A stretch of DNA of 59,056 nt, filler included, from Sphacelaria rigidula (Eukaryota): NCBI GenBank assembly GCA_964200075.2. It is 10 parts of 10 records of this genome, joined end to end, with 100 filler letters (N's around TTAATTAATTAA, not from the genome) between each part and the next. Parts side by side here need not be neighbours in the genome. Positions count along the whole stretch, not along the records: positions 11,833 to 17,648 come from CAXNAA020024240.1; positions 17,749 to 23,564 come from CAXNAA020024241.1; 8 more parts are not named here. One strand, given 5' to 3'. Below the pieces are notes generated by a model that worked only from the letters and a program-made list of their open reading frames with translations, did no database searches and was not told where the DNA came from. The stretch's first letter is position 1, and each line of letters starts with the position of its first letter. A program made the translations under genes and the position numbers. Positions 12,494 to 23,564 of the stretch are shown here, piece after piece.

Positions 12494-13270
12494 TTGCCGA
12501 ACGAGTTTCTTTCTGCCGCGTCAAGCAGTCCGTATCATCACAGCACCTGGTGCCAGCACGTTTGTCAAGCGGGAGCGGACGATGACAACGACAACGACAA
12601 GGTGTGCCTCTGGGCCACGGACCGCGGGTCAGTTTGCGCAACTGCGGGCAACGAGCCCGACACGAACGCCGCGCCTTTATGGGAAGCGGGCGGTTCCGGC
12701 GCGGACTACGCGAAGGAGGGCGGTCTCGCTTGGAGAGTGTTCAAGGGCTGGGGCAGCGGTCGCAAGACCACCGTAACACGTAGAGGTGGAAGCAACAGCG
12801 CCGGCAACCGCGCCGGGAGGGGTTTCAAGGGCTGGCGGGGTAGGCGCAACCACGGCGACAACCCAAAGAGCGGAAACGCCGGCACGACCGAGGACAAATA
12901 TTCAGAGTCCGGTGGTGATGGCGGCAGTGAAGATACGGACACGCCTCCCCTCGGAGAAGAACAAGCACACGACGTGACTCGTTCCGCTAAGACTTTCATG
13001 GAGAGAGGCCGGATTAAGGTTGAAACGGAGACGACTACCGTCACCCCTGACGAGGTCACCAAGGTGACCGAAATCACCTGGCAGTCTCCGCGCCCCAAGG
13101 GTGCGTGGAAGGCACGGCTCGGCCTGTTCTTCGAGGAAGGGCGGCAAATCCGAGACTCGAGTCTGACTATCACCCCTACCGGGGAGGTCGAGGTGCAGAC
13201 CCCTGACGGCAGGCAGCTATGGAGTATCCCCTTGTCGAATGAGTCGGCTGACAAGGACAGCGGGCGATGA
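12494..13270 (+). CDS. Uninterrupted 258-codon reading frame of unknown function, possibly TE-borne; true start unknown
   Basis: High GC, purine-rich codons, an antisense shadow ORF in register, and an ordered-looking C-terminus (RIKVETETTTV...LTITPTGEVEVQTPDGRQLWSIP). Confidence 0.4.
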   Translation: MPNEFLSAASSSPYHHSTWCQHVCQAGADDDNDNDKVCLWATDRGSVCATAGNEPDTNAAPLWEAGGSGADYAKEGGLAWRVFKGWGSGRKTTVTRRGGSNSAGNRAGRGFKGWRGRRNHGDNPKSGNAGTTEDKYSESGGDGGSEDTDTPPLGEEQAHDVTRSAKTFMERGRIKVETETTTVTPDEVTKVTEITWQSPRPKGAWKARLGLFFEEGRQIRDSSLTITPTGEVEVQTPDGRQLWSIPLSNESADKDSGR

Positions 13271-16200
13271 CTGGGATGAAACTCGTCAGCTAGGAAGTGG
13301 TGCCCTCTTTGTGGTGGATTCCGTTGTCAGGGCATGTTTAACCTCTTGAGGTCTGCAATCTGTTGTTGATGTTGGCTCGTGTCGTGTCTGTTGGAGGTCG
13401 TTGAAGGAAGTGTCTTGCTCGCTTGTTATGTTTTTGTTATTATTGGCCCTTGTCCTTGTTGGGTTGTTGTTTAGCGGTGGTTGAGTTCTATCTTGTGAAG
13501 GCGCATACTGGGCAGCAAGTCTGGACGCATTTATTTTGCTCGTAGCCTTGTGTGCAGTGAACCTGGTGAGCTGGTATGGTATACCCGCGCGAGCCAATCA
13601 CGCCGCGCCACACATCTAAACGTATGTCTTTTTGCTCGTGGTGTTGACGAGGATCAAGTTTTCAGATTGTTCGTGCATATAGTTGGTGACTAGCTGTCCT
13701 CGACCCTTGAGGGCCTTCTTTGTGTGTACTAAGTCGCCGTCTTACGGAGGTGCTTACGTAGGTGCTGTGCTTGCAAAGTGGAGTTTGCGGTCTTGTCGCC
13801 GCTGTGCTGCCATGTTTTCCCGTCGCCGTGCTGCGTAGGGTTAATTCCCGAGCATCAGTTTGACAGCCGTCATTTTGTTTTTGTTGTCTGCTATCCAGGA
13901 ATCTACTGTGTATGTGCCGGTGTGTACTGCAGCCGTTGTTGTTGCGGGGAAGCGTGAAAGTTATTCAGCGTAGAGGGTAAATCCTGGTAGACTCACTCCT
14001 CCAGTAGGCGACAAATCAGTGGGTTTCGGTGCATGGCGCACTTGACGAGTTGAGTGTTGCAGTTCATGTTGATGAGATCTCTGTAAAATTGATTCGTACC
14101 TCCAGTTGTAGTCGCGGTGATGGCTATGTCGGGGCGGATGCACCACTATAAGGGTTGCCGGCGGAGGGCAATCTTCATGTGCCATGGTCTATTCTTGAGC
14201 TGCCATGGTACCGTTGTTGACACTGTAGGTGGAGCTGCGTGTTGTTTGCTCTGTTTGAAGTGCTGTTCGAGCTCCCCACATTACATGCACAAGCTCCCCA
14301 TGAATGCACTCTGTCTCGTTGCCTTTCTCTAGATGGTGTCAAGAGGTTTTCGCCTCTGGTTGTTTCTGTGGTGGCAAGGTGGGGATTTTGAAAATACGAT
14401 TGACTTGGTCTTGGCCAAGCGAAGCTGATTACCAACAGCTGTTCTATGACAAAGTGGAACTGAACCCTCCTGGCGTCTTTATTCCACACGTGGATGAATA
14501 CGGTCCCTGAAGGATGGGTCCCAACTCGAACCGTTCCATCAGCTAGCCTTGGTCTAGTCTCTTGAGAGAAAAACTAATGGGCGGAGTAGTGGCATCAGCG
14601 AACTTTGTCGCAGTTGTCACTGTGGCAGTGGTCGTTCATGACTCCGGTGCACTTATTCGACCTACATGCATGAGAAGGTTCATACGTCATGAACCAAGAT
14701 TACATATTTCCCACCGAACAATGTTCTCGCGAGTTTGAGGGTAGAGGATACGATTGAGAGTGAAGATCGCTCAATTAGTAAATGAATCGTTTCAGTTCCG
14801 AAATGCCCCTCCACGAGGCCCGATATGCTTTCTGTAGTAGCTTGCCGCTGAGGCCCTTGATATCAGTGAGTAGGATGGCGACGTGTAGCTGTAAGCACAC
14901 GCCAGTGATGAGGGCCAAGAGAGGCACACACGGAATAAAAAAATGGCTAAGTAAAAACGTACTTCCTCTCGGTCATTAGATTAGCTCACTTTCAGGTTTT
15001 GCGGTTTAACTCGTGCTTATCTTCGACTTTGTCAAACGTTCTGTTTTTGCTCCACGCGTAGAGTTTTGGAGAAGAGCCAAAAACGAGGTCTGTGCTGAGT
15101 CCCCAGGAGATATTCACCTACACCCACGGCAACCAGAGGGTGTCGGTCGCGCAAAACGAAAATCTGCCGGTTGAGAGCCTTCCCATCAATTTTTGGAAAA
15201 ACGGTTTTGGTAATGCTTTTATAGGCGTTTCGGAGAATCTCCCCCAAACCGTTGTTTTTGAAAATCAGACCACCACAGCCTTACTTCAGCGCACAGCAGT
15301 CAGCATACCATTAGGCGGCAGCCGTCAGCAAGCGTTGCACTACCGCTGTTGTGTGACAACGCGCCTACCGCTGCCGTATTTTGGCGACAAATTCATTATT
15401 TTCTCACTAAACCGTCGTGACCGTGTTTTAAACCGAAAGTGTCCTGCTTTGGGTTGATCACTTTCGTTAAACGGCCGTGCACCTCCGAATTTGAGGTATA
15501 ATTACGCATCTCGGGGGGCAATATCTATGTTGTCCCAGGGTATCCAAGGTTCCTTTTTTGTCATACACGTTCCCAATTACTTTAAAACACACTACGTGGG
15601 TCTGAACATCGACAAAAGAGGTTTTCTGCACCCGCCGTATCGCACATTGGCGCAAATTTCTGCGAAAACCGGTGTCCTCCTGCGGGAAGGTCCATTAGAT
15701 AAGCTCACTTCGTGCTGTTTCCACGCCGGGGACGATAACTCGTCATCCCCGTATCAATTTGTTCTTTCAATGTGATGCCAGCTATATGTGGAACATATGT
15801 TGACGGTTGGACGGTCAAACACATCTGTTTGGCTGAGTTATCGCAATACAACCAAGTGAGCTTATCTTATGGTCTTTTGAAAGTGAGCTTATCTAATGAC
15901 CGAGAGGAAGTATATAATCAAAGCCACTCTCAATCAGCGCTCTACTCTCAACCTCACGAAAACGCTGTTACCGGCGATTCATGTCCTGATCAATTTTACG
16001 GAAGGAGTTGCACTTTTTGTTTTTGCGTCTCTTTTTTGTAGGAGCCCAAATATATGGGGCTTACTGTTCAATCAAAGTCTCCGCGGACCGGACTCCCAGG
16101 AATGTGGTGTTTTGCAGGGGCTTTCTCGTAAATCGGCATCATTTTCATTATATTTCAAGTAAAAGTGATGCCGATTTTCAAAATCATCCATTCAACACGC

Positions 16201-16591
16201 CGAGCAGCCCCGAGAAACGTTTTCGCTAAAAAAGTGCAACCCCTACCGTAACATTGGTTCCCTATGAATCATACGCACGTTGTTTTCACCCGCTAGTCAT
16301 ACGACATGAAGAGAGCATACATATTTTTTGAACGGAATAAATCCGGCGCACATGATCTCAGCCCGCGATTTGTACGAGATGAATCAAGCGTACGTCTTGC
16401 CCACGTCAGATTCATACGACGAGAATCGAGTGTTTAGCATATTCTTCTCAGCCGCGACTTGTACGGGAACAACCAAACCGATACTTGGTGATGTTTCTGT
16501 CTTTCGTCAGAGTGTACTCTTTGATATTATGTTTCTATGCGATACTTCCATTTTGGGCTATTTTAGACGAAAATCAGAGCGGAAACGGAGA

Positions 16592-16800
16592 TATCACTTC
16601 AGGTACTCTTCCTCGTCTATTTTTCGTCTGAACGTTCCTTTTCCCATAATTTTCACCGTGTCTCTTATTTTTGTCTTGTACCCACCACATTCACCTATGA
16701 GCATTATCGCCTCTTTGTTTCCTCCCATGTCCTTCCATGCTTTCTCGACTACGCTGTCCCGCCTTATTCTCCTGTGGGATGATGAAACATTCCAATCGTT
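16592..16800 (-). mobile_element. LINE ORF2 fragment
   Basis: VVEKAWKDMGGNKEAIM..YKTKIRD..RRKIDEEEYLK, homologous to 18760-18930 and 47540-47700. Confidence 0.85.
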
Positions 16801-16819
16801 CTCGTGAAATTTGCAACGG

Positions 16820-17155
16820 CAGGTCGAGTAGAGTGTGTACTTTTGAGTACTCGAGAAAAATACTCGAATATTTACTGTACTCAAAGCTTGATTAGGTCGA
16901 GTACGGCCTCAAATACTACACTCAAATTTTGAGTAGGTCGAGTACGGCCTGGAACACTCTACTCAAATATTGAGTAAGCACTTCCAGTAATACTTGAGTA
17001 TAGAGTAGCGCTGGAGTATGACCTCAATACTCAATCTTTAAGTAGGTCGAGTACGGCCTCACATATTCTACTCAAATTTTCGAGTAGATTGAGTACGACC
17101 TCCAACACTCTACTCAAATAGTGAGTAAGCACTCTCAGTAATACTTGAGTGTAAG
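16820..17155. repeat. Array of GAGTA/TACTC motifs with about 39-bp subunits and an about 149-bp higher-order period
   Basis: TAGGTCGAGTACGGCCT near 16893, 16934 and 17043; ACTCTACTCAAATA.TGAGTAAGCACT..CAGTAATACTTGAGT occurs twice. Confidence 0.8.
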
Positions 17156-17921
17156 GTATTACCTGGGTATGGTGAGTATCCGTGACTGTCGGCGACTTCG
17201 TGACGTCACTTCGCTGACTATGTTGAATACATGGGCGAACGATGGCCATCAATTAGATGAGTGGCGTTACGTTACAGGCTACGAGGAGTATGAGCGAATG
17301 ATGGCCACAAAAAAATAAAGAAAGTCTGCCGATGAATGAATATAGCGAACCTACCCGCCCCAGCGCCCCACCTTACCAGCCCCCACCCACGGCAGTACAT
17401 ACTCGATACCTCGCAACACTTTCGATGTCACTTCCAGTACAGAGCGCTACTCGTCATCATTGAGTAATCGAGTTGACGGGTAGTCGAGTAGGTATCAACA
17501 GTGGATCCTGGAAAATGGGGTCCATCCCAAAACTGAGATGGAAGTGGCATTTCTCTTTGGCAGGGATGACGCGAAACACTTGCGACCGAGCGAAGCCATC
17601 TTCCCGCCCAAATGTCCGCAGCAGTTAAGCAGCTGTGGCTAGGTGCACNNNNNNNNNNNNNNNNNNNNNNNNNNNNNNNNNNNNNNNNNNNNTTAATTAA
17701 TTAANNNNNNNNNNNNNNNNNNNNNNNNNNNNNNNNNNNNNNNNNNNNTCCAAACAAAAAAAAAAAAAAAAGAACAATAATATAAAAAAAAAAACAGAAG
17801 GGGGGGTGGGGGGGGGCTGCCATGCGAGGTGGAGGCAGCTGGACAACGCCATACGGAGGGAGAAATACAAGAAGCATCAGGGCTCGCCTTCCTTCCATGA
17901 GCCATCCCACGACAGGGGGGG

Positions 17922-18220
17922 TGTACTCATGATTATGCATGCCAGAGCCATAAAACCATAGGACCATAAACCTCGCATCCCTACAAAGCCGGGACGGAGC
18001 ACGCCGGGTTTTCGCCGGACCAGGCTCGCACTCAAACCACCAAGCGCGAAGCGCCGTGGTGTGTTCGGCGAGTCGCATCAAGGGTGAGCTGCATCCTGCT
18101 AAGATTGTTCGGCCTATCTTGCATTTGAATGACAGCCTACGATGAGTTGCTTTATTGTTTGGTGTCGCTACTAGCCAGAGACAGTCACGGCTTATACACT
18201 ACCTCATGGGTGCGTCACCG
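17922..18220 (-). mobile_element. SINE-like element of about 300 bp with a 13-bp TSD
   Basis: Flanked by ACGACAGGGGGGG at 17909-17921 and 18221-18233; same 5' and 3' ends as the copy at 37239-37540. Confidence 0.8.
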
Positions 18221-18236
18221 ACGACAGGGGGGGGGG

Positions 18237-19751
18237 TAGGGCATACTCATTTGTTGCTTGCCTTAGTCGTTTGGCCATTGACCACGCATCCCTTTCGAGA
18301 TGGAGCATCGTTCCTACTACTAATATAGACACCTTTAACATTCCGGCGCTCATTACGTTTATTCCATACGTCACATAAAACCTTTTAGATACCGTACCCC
18401 CATCCCGTTTCACCGTCTCTGGCCGTCATTTATCTCCTAGTATGGCCATCGTTTTCTCGCCAGTGTCAAACGATTTTATCTCACCTTCGTCAACGTCCCA
18501 CATTTCCCCCTCTAGCACATCCCGTTCCTCCTTGTCTAGTTCACATTCTACCACTATATGACTGCTGCTCTCTATTGCTTCACGACAGAGGCAGTTCTGT
18601 CCATCTACTTCCTGCTCCTTTCGACTACTGGTATATCTCTTTCTTCTTTCTGGCAGGTCTAGGTCCCCCACCCGAAATCGCTGTTTAATACTTTTCGCCG
18701 CGTCCATCGGACCATGCAGATATGCTTTCATTCCGATCCCTTCTCTCAACCACCCGTATATCTCCAGGTGTTCTTCCTTGTCTGCTTCGCTCATTTTCCC
18801 CTTATTTCTATCGTATCTCTTATTTTCGCCGTGTACCTCGCGTCTTCATCTATGGACAGTATTTCGTCTTGGTTCCTTCCCATCTCCTTCCACATTTTCT
18901 CGACTTTTCTATCCCACCTTATAGCACATCCTTTCGTACTTTTCTTCCGTACAGCCCTGTCAACTACAGCTGGAAATCTCTTCCTCTGCATGTTCTTCAC
19001 GCTATATTGCCATCGCAATTTCCTTATATCTCTGTTTGTTTCAAGTGAGTACCTTCCCGGCTCTGCTCTCAAAACTGCATCACTCATCGTTTTCGAGCAT
19101 CCACGTATTTCCTTACCTGCTGTGATTTGTACTGTTTCCAACCCTTCCACCAACGTCACGTTCCCCTCCCGTACCTCTCCTGCATATTCCAGCGTTGGTA
19201 CAATCACGGTCATCAGGATACATCTCTTAATCCTAGTGTCTTGGCGCGGGTCTCTGAGGATCACGTCCATTCTGCCTATCTGTGTCTTACCCTTTTCTAT
19301 TACTTTGTTCATGTGTGCATCCCAAGAACAGTTTTTTGATACCTCTACGCCAAGGTANNNNNNNNNNCAAGGTATGTATGCTGGTCTACAATTGGCAGTT
19401 CTTCTTTTCCCCACTTCCATTTGAACGCTACCGGATTTTCTTATCTTCGTTACGGACGAGTGCCGCCCATTTGTTGACGTTCGCTGTCACTCTCCATTTC
19501 CTTGTGCGTATTCTAGCGCCTTGTCTATCTGTGTCTGTAATCCTTCCGGTGCCTCTGAAATCCCCACAAAATCATCCGCGAACATCAATCCTGATACCGT
19601 ATCTTCACCAACCTTGACCCCTTGCTTTGCTGCTTCTATTGCTATCATCAAATTATTGATAAATACCTCGAACAAAGTGGATGATAACGTACATCCTTGC
19701 GCAACTTCTTGTAAGATATCGAAAAAGCTCGACATTTCCCCGTCTAGAATC
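18237..19751 (-). mobile_element. Non-LTR retrotransposon (LINE), 3' half of ORF2, decayed; includes the natural 3' end
   Basis: RT motifs VAQGCTLS, GLMFADDFVG and YLGV; C-terminal CLC..HIVVEC knuckle; ends GCVVNGQTTKASNK-stop directly before a C-run. Confidence 0.95.
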
Positions 19752-20428
19752 TGTGACGAAATCACGCCGTCACGTTGAGTAAATAGTGATGATGTGAATG
19801 ATGACTTGAGATTTATAGTGATGATACGGATGATGACATGGACACAGGGGTGATACTCTGATGTGGTTTATGGAGCGTGTGTGCCTGCGTGGCACTCCAG
19901 GATAATAAAGAACAGAGGATTCTATAAAATGGGGTTCATCAATGAAATGAGGTTCGAGCCCAAAACAGTACCTTCTCCACACTTTCAGCGATGGTGCCCG
20001 ATGGTTTTTTGTCGGCCTAATGCCCCTCGATCGCATAGATACTCTTTCAGCGCATTTTACCGACTCTGTGAGCTTACAGCGCTTACCGAAACTGCTATTT
20101 CCCCTGATATCACCCCCCCTAAAAAATAAGTAGAAATGACGATTTCGGACAGCACTGTAAGCTCACAGAGTCGATAAAATGCGCTGAAGAAGTATCTACG
20201 CGATCGAGGGGCATGAGGCCGACAAGGAAGTCATTGGGCACCATCGCTGAAAGCGTGGAAAAAGTACTGTTTTGAGCTCGAATCTCATTTCATTGATGAA
20301 CCTCATTTTATAGAATCATCTGTTAAAAGGTGTTGTGAAGGCTAACAACTGAAACCTGAGGCCAGTGAAACTGGGGAGTCCCTCACCGACATTTGACGCT
20401 GCAGGACTAGCAACCTCCGGGCGTCACA
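19752..20428 (+). repeat. Gypsy 5' LTR containing a MITE insertion
   Basis: Perfect 7-bp inverted termini TGTGACG...CGTCACA; starts exactly where the LINE RT is cut; gag-pol follows. Confidence 0.75.
19911..20324. mobile_element. Complete 414-bp foldback MITE
   Basis: Inverted arms of about 190 bp, AACAGAGGATTCTATAAAATG...CATTTTATAGAATCATCTGTT; TSD not clear. Confidence 0.9.
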
Positions 20429-23411
20429 ATATCGATATTAGTGCTAGTCATGCTAGTAGTGCTATCGGTAGTAACTGCTGGAAATTCTTCAGTAGTAGAG
20501 GGGAGTCCAGACAGCTTCGGACATATTGCTTCATGGACGCGCGAGGAGGGTTCAAGCTGAGGTAGCTGCAAAGGCGGCTGGCCCGTGATTGATCCAGACT
20601 AGAGACGTACTGGAGCTGCGTGCAGCGGGAGTTTATAGGATCCCACGGCTGTGTGGTGCGGCGACGAAGGCAGGTGTGAGCTGTGGAGTTCGAGAAGGTT
20701 CACAAGCCTTCGATCAGGTCCGCTCGGAAATGTCGACTATAGAGGTACCGGCCGAAGAGCCAGCGGAGACGACCGTAACCCAAGTTGTTCTGAGAGAAGA
20801 GTTGCGGCCTCCCAGTTATGCGAATTTGAATTCTGAGTGTGCTTCTCGTTCGTTTTATACGAAATGCGTGGAATACAAGGAACGGGTGGGGCATGCGAAT
20901 GCGGGGGGGTGCGGTAAGGCATCAGGTGGTATCCATGGCGCAACTCGTGCCTACCCCCCTTCAACGAGTTTTTGCGAGATAATTCCAAGGGAAGAACACA
21001 ATAACGCCGGTGCAATTTGCTGCAGCGATCAAGACGCATGCAGGGCATGCGATGGGCGCTGAGGCAGAGCTAACCCAGGCGTCCGCGGCCATGGCGAAGG
21101 CTGTCGCCATGAACCACAAGGGGAAGACCATGCGTGAGAGGGTGGAGCCAATCATGGGAAAGTTGGAGACATATTTCTCGGAAAATCTCATCGTCAAGAT
21201 GGTTTATCGTTCTTCCGATGGGAAATTCCGTCCAGGGCTCACTGAGGTGATCACAAAAGCGATGGTGGGGGGTCTTACACCGGCGGAATTCAAACAGGCC
21301 GTGTTTGTGACATCACAGCACGAAACCAATTGGAAGTCAGACCCGTCCTTAGTTATGGATACCGTGGTGGCAGAGACTCAGGCAGGACGGGAGATTGAAG
21401 TATTCTGGAAATCATCCACTTCGTCGCCGCAGTCTTCGAGCTCGCGTAACCGCGCATCAAAACCCGCCGGCAGTGCCGCCGCCAACATCACTACGCACGT
21501 AAGTGCTCAACGCCTTCCGAGGGGGAGTCTGGGCAGACGAGTGCCGCGCGCCCTCGCAATCACAAAGGAGGGAAACGTAATCAGGGGGGGGGGGTGGCGG
21601 AGGCGGATCCTCCAGCGGTGGAGGTGTGCAATCGAATTCCCAGCAGCAGCAGCAGGGGTCCGATTCTGGGTCCGGCTCAGCCGCAGGGGCTGCCGCTCCG
21701 TAACGGACGGTGCAGATAGGACCAACCACTCAAGTGTCGGGCTCGGTGCCGGCGCCGCCGGCAGCAGAGCAAGGCGAGACGCCTGATGCTGAGCCGGCCG
21801 GATTTCAGCTGAAATTTGGATCCGCTGCTGCGTCGGCCGGAGTACCGCTGCAACTTGCTTCTGCGGGCGGGGCTTCGTACCTGCCGGCGGTGCGGGTTAT
21901 CCCAACGGGGGCGTCTATTTCTGCCCCGCACGCGAAGCCGTGGCGCCAAGTGAGGATCACGACAAATCAGTCGGCGGAGCAGGTGCCGGTCGAGGATCAA
22001 GAAATATATATTCCTGTCGAGTTATATATCCCAAATCAACGGACGCGGGGAGCCATATTGGTCAACGCTGTGTTGGATTCAGCCGCCCATTTCACGAGCG
22101 TGTCGGTGCTGATTGTGGAGATTCTGGAGCGTCAACTCCCTGGTGAGAAAATCCGCATTCCGTTCTCGCTCAGGGCGCGGCAGGCCATCACCGCATCGGG
22201 GCAACGTGTAAATGTCACGGAGCGTAGGGATTCTCCTACAGTTGGCGTTCAGGACTACCTGGGGGCCAGCGAAATTACCCACGATATCGTTTGCGATCAT
22301 TCCAGGGACGGATGGCGTCGCCCGGTTCGAGTGTCGAGACGCCTGCTTTTCTGGCCAGTCGCAGAGTGAGCTTGTCGGTTGATGCTTTCCAGGAGGCGGG
22401 GGGGCAGGTGTCCGAGGAGCGTGATGAGGCGGTGGAACGCTTGGTGGAGCGTGGCCCCGATATGTTTGCGGAGCCGGCAGAAGAAGAGTCCGCGCGAATG
22501 GCTGCGCTGGAGGAAAGCGTGACGGATGCTGTGGCAAATGGCCTCAACGTCTCAAAAGCGGAGCGCTTGTATGACATATTGTATCGCCACGTTGACGCGT
22601 TTCGTCGTGCGCTGATCGGTGATTCCCCTGCGCGCGTAGAACCCATGAGGGTTACTCTGAAGCCAGGGGCGGCCGCGGTGAAGGCAAAACCGAGGAGGTA
22701 TGATCCAGTAAAGTCCAGTTGGCTAGCTTCTGGCATGGGAGCTCTTGTGGCGTTTGGGTTGGTGTTCAGGAATCTACAGGCAGTGTGGTCCAGTCCAGCG
22801 ATGGCGGTCGCGAAGAAGGACTCTTTCCGTCTTGTCAGCGATTACGGAGCCACCAATGATCAAGTGGAGAAGTCGCCGGGTGTCATGCCCAGTCAGGAAT
22901 CCGACATGATAGACCTGTCGAGTGCGCGATGCTTCGGTAAGTCCGACCTCCTACAGGGGAACTCGCAGATAGATGCCGTTGGCCAAAGAGGCGCAAGAGA
23001 TATTCACCATCACAACTATGTTTGGCATGTTTACCCCGCAACGAGTACCGCAAGGCGTGTTGAATGCTACTTCCTATTTTCAAGGTGTCATGGTAGACCT
23101 TTGAGATGGCTTGAAATGCAAAATTTTGGTGGATGATATATTTTCTTCACGGACACGGAAGACGAACCGTGTCTGTTTGCAGCTGCTCACAAGTGTACCT
23201 GTGTTGCTAGTGAACTAGTGTGGTGAGGGAAAGTATATTCACACGGCCGCGTCTCGCATGACCCGGCCCGCTTGCAAGGTTTGTCTGACATGGGGCGTCC
23301 AGAAACAGCAGCAGAACTTATGCAATTCCTGCACGCAATGAACTGGTTGCGTACCTCGTTGCCACGTACGGCCGAAGTAGCGGCGCCCTTGCGCGTTTTC
23401 CTAAAATAATT

Positions 23412-23564
23412 AACAGCCGATTTTCGGAAGTGGGGTTGAAAAAAAAATGAGGTTCAACTCAAAAGCCGTGCTTTCCCTGTCCCCAAAATTAAAAGCACGA
23501 TTTTGGGGACAAAAAACGTCCTTTTTTCACCCCGAAATCAAGGCGAAAGTGTGCTTTCGCACAT
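23412..23564 (+). mobile_element. AACAG-family MITE end inserted in the Gypsy pol
   Basis: Matches 5917-5996 (reverse complement); Gypsy coding similarity stops just before it. Confidence 0.65.

Larger units (their letters stand above)
19752..23405 (+). mobile_element. Ty3/Gypsy LTR retrotransposon, decayed (gag, protease, RT)
   Basis: Protease AVLDSAAHF; RT EPMRVTLKPG, WSSPAMAVAKKDSFRLVSDY, PQGVLNA and LVDD; many frameshifts; homologous to 31645-34200. Confidence 0.92.

Noticed and set aside
16890..17155. CRISPR-like repeat-spacer pattern
   Set aside because: The intervening sequences resemble each other, the period is hierarchical, there are no cas genes and the context is eukaryotic
18250..18310. 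Self-cleaving ribozyme at the LINE/SINE 3' hairpin
   Set aside because: No hammerhead CTGATGA core or HDV-type pseudoknot could be traced; only a simple stem-loop is supported
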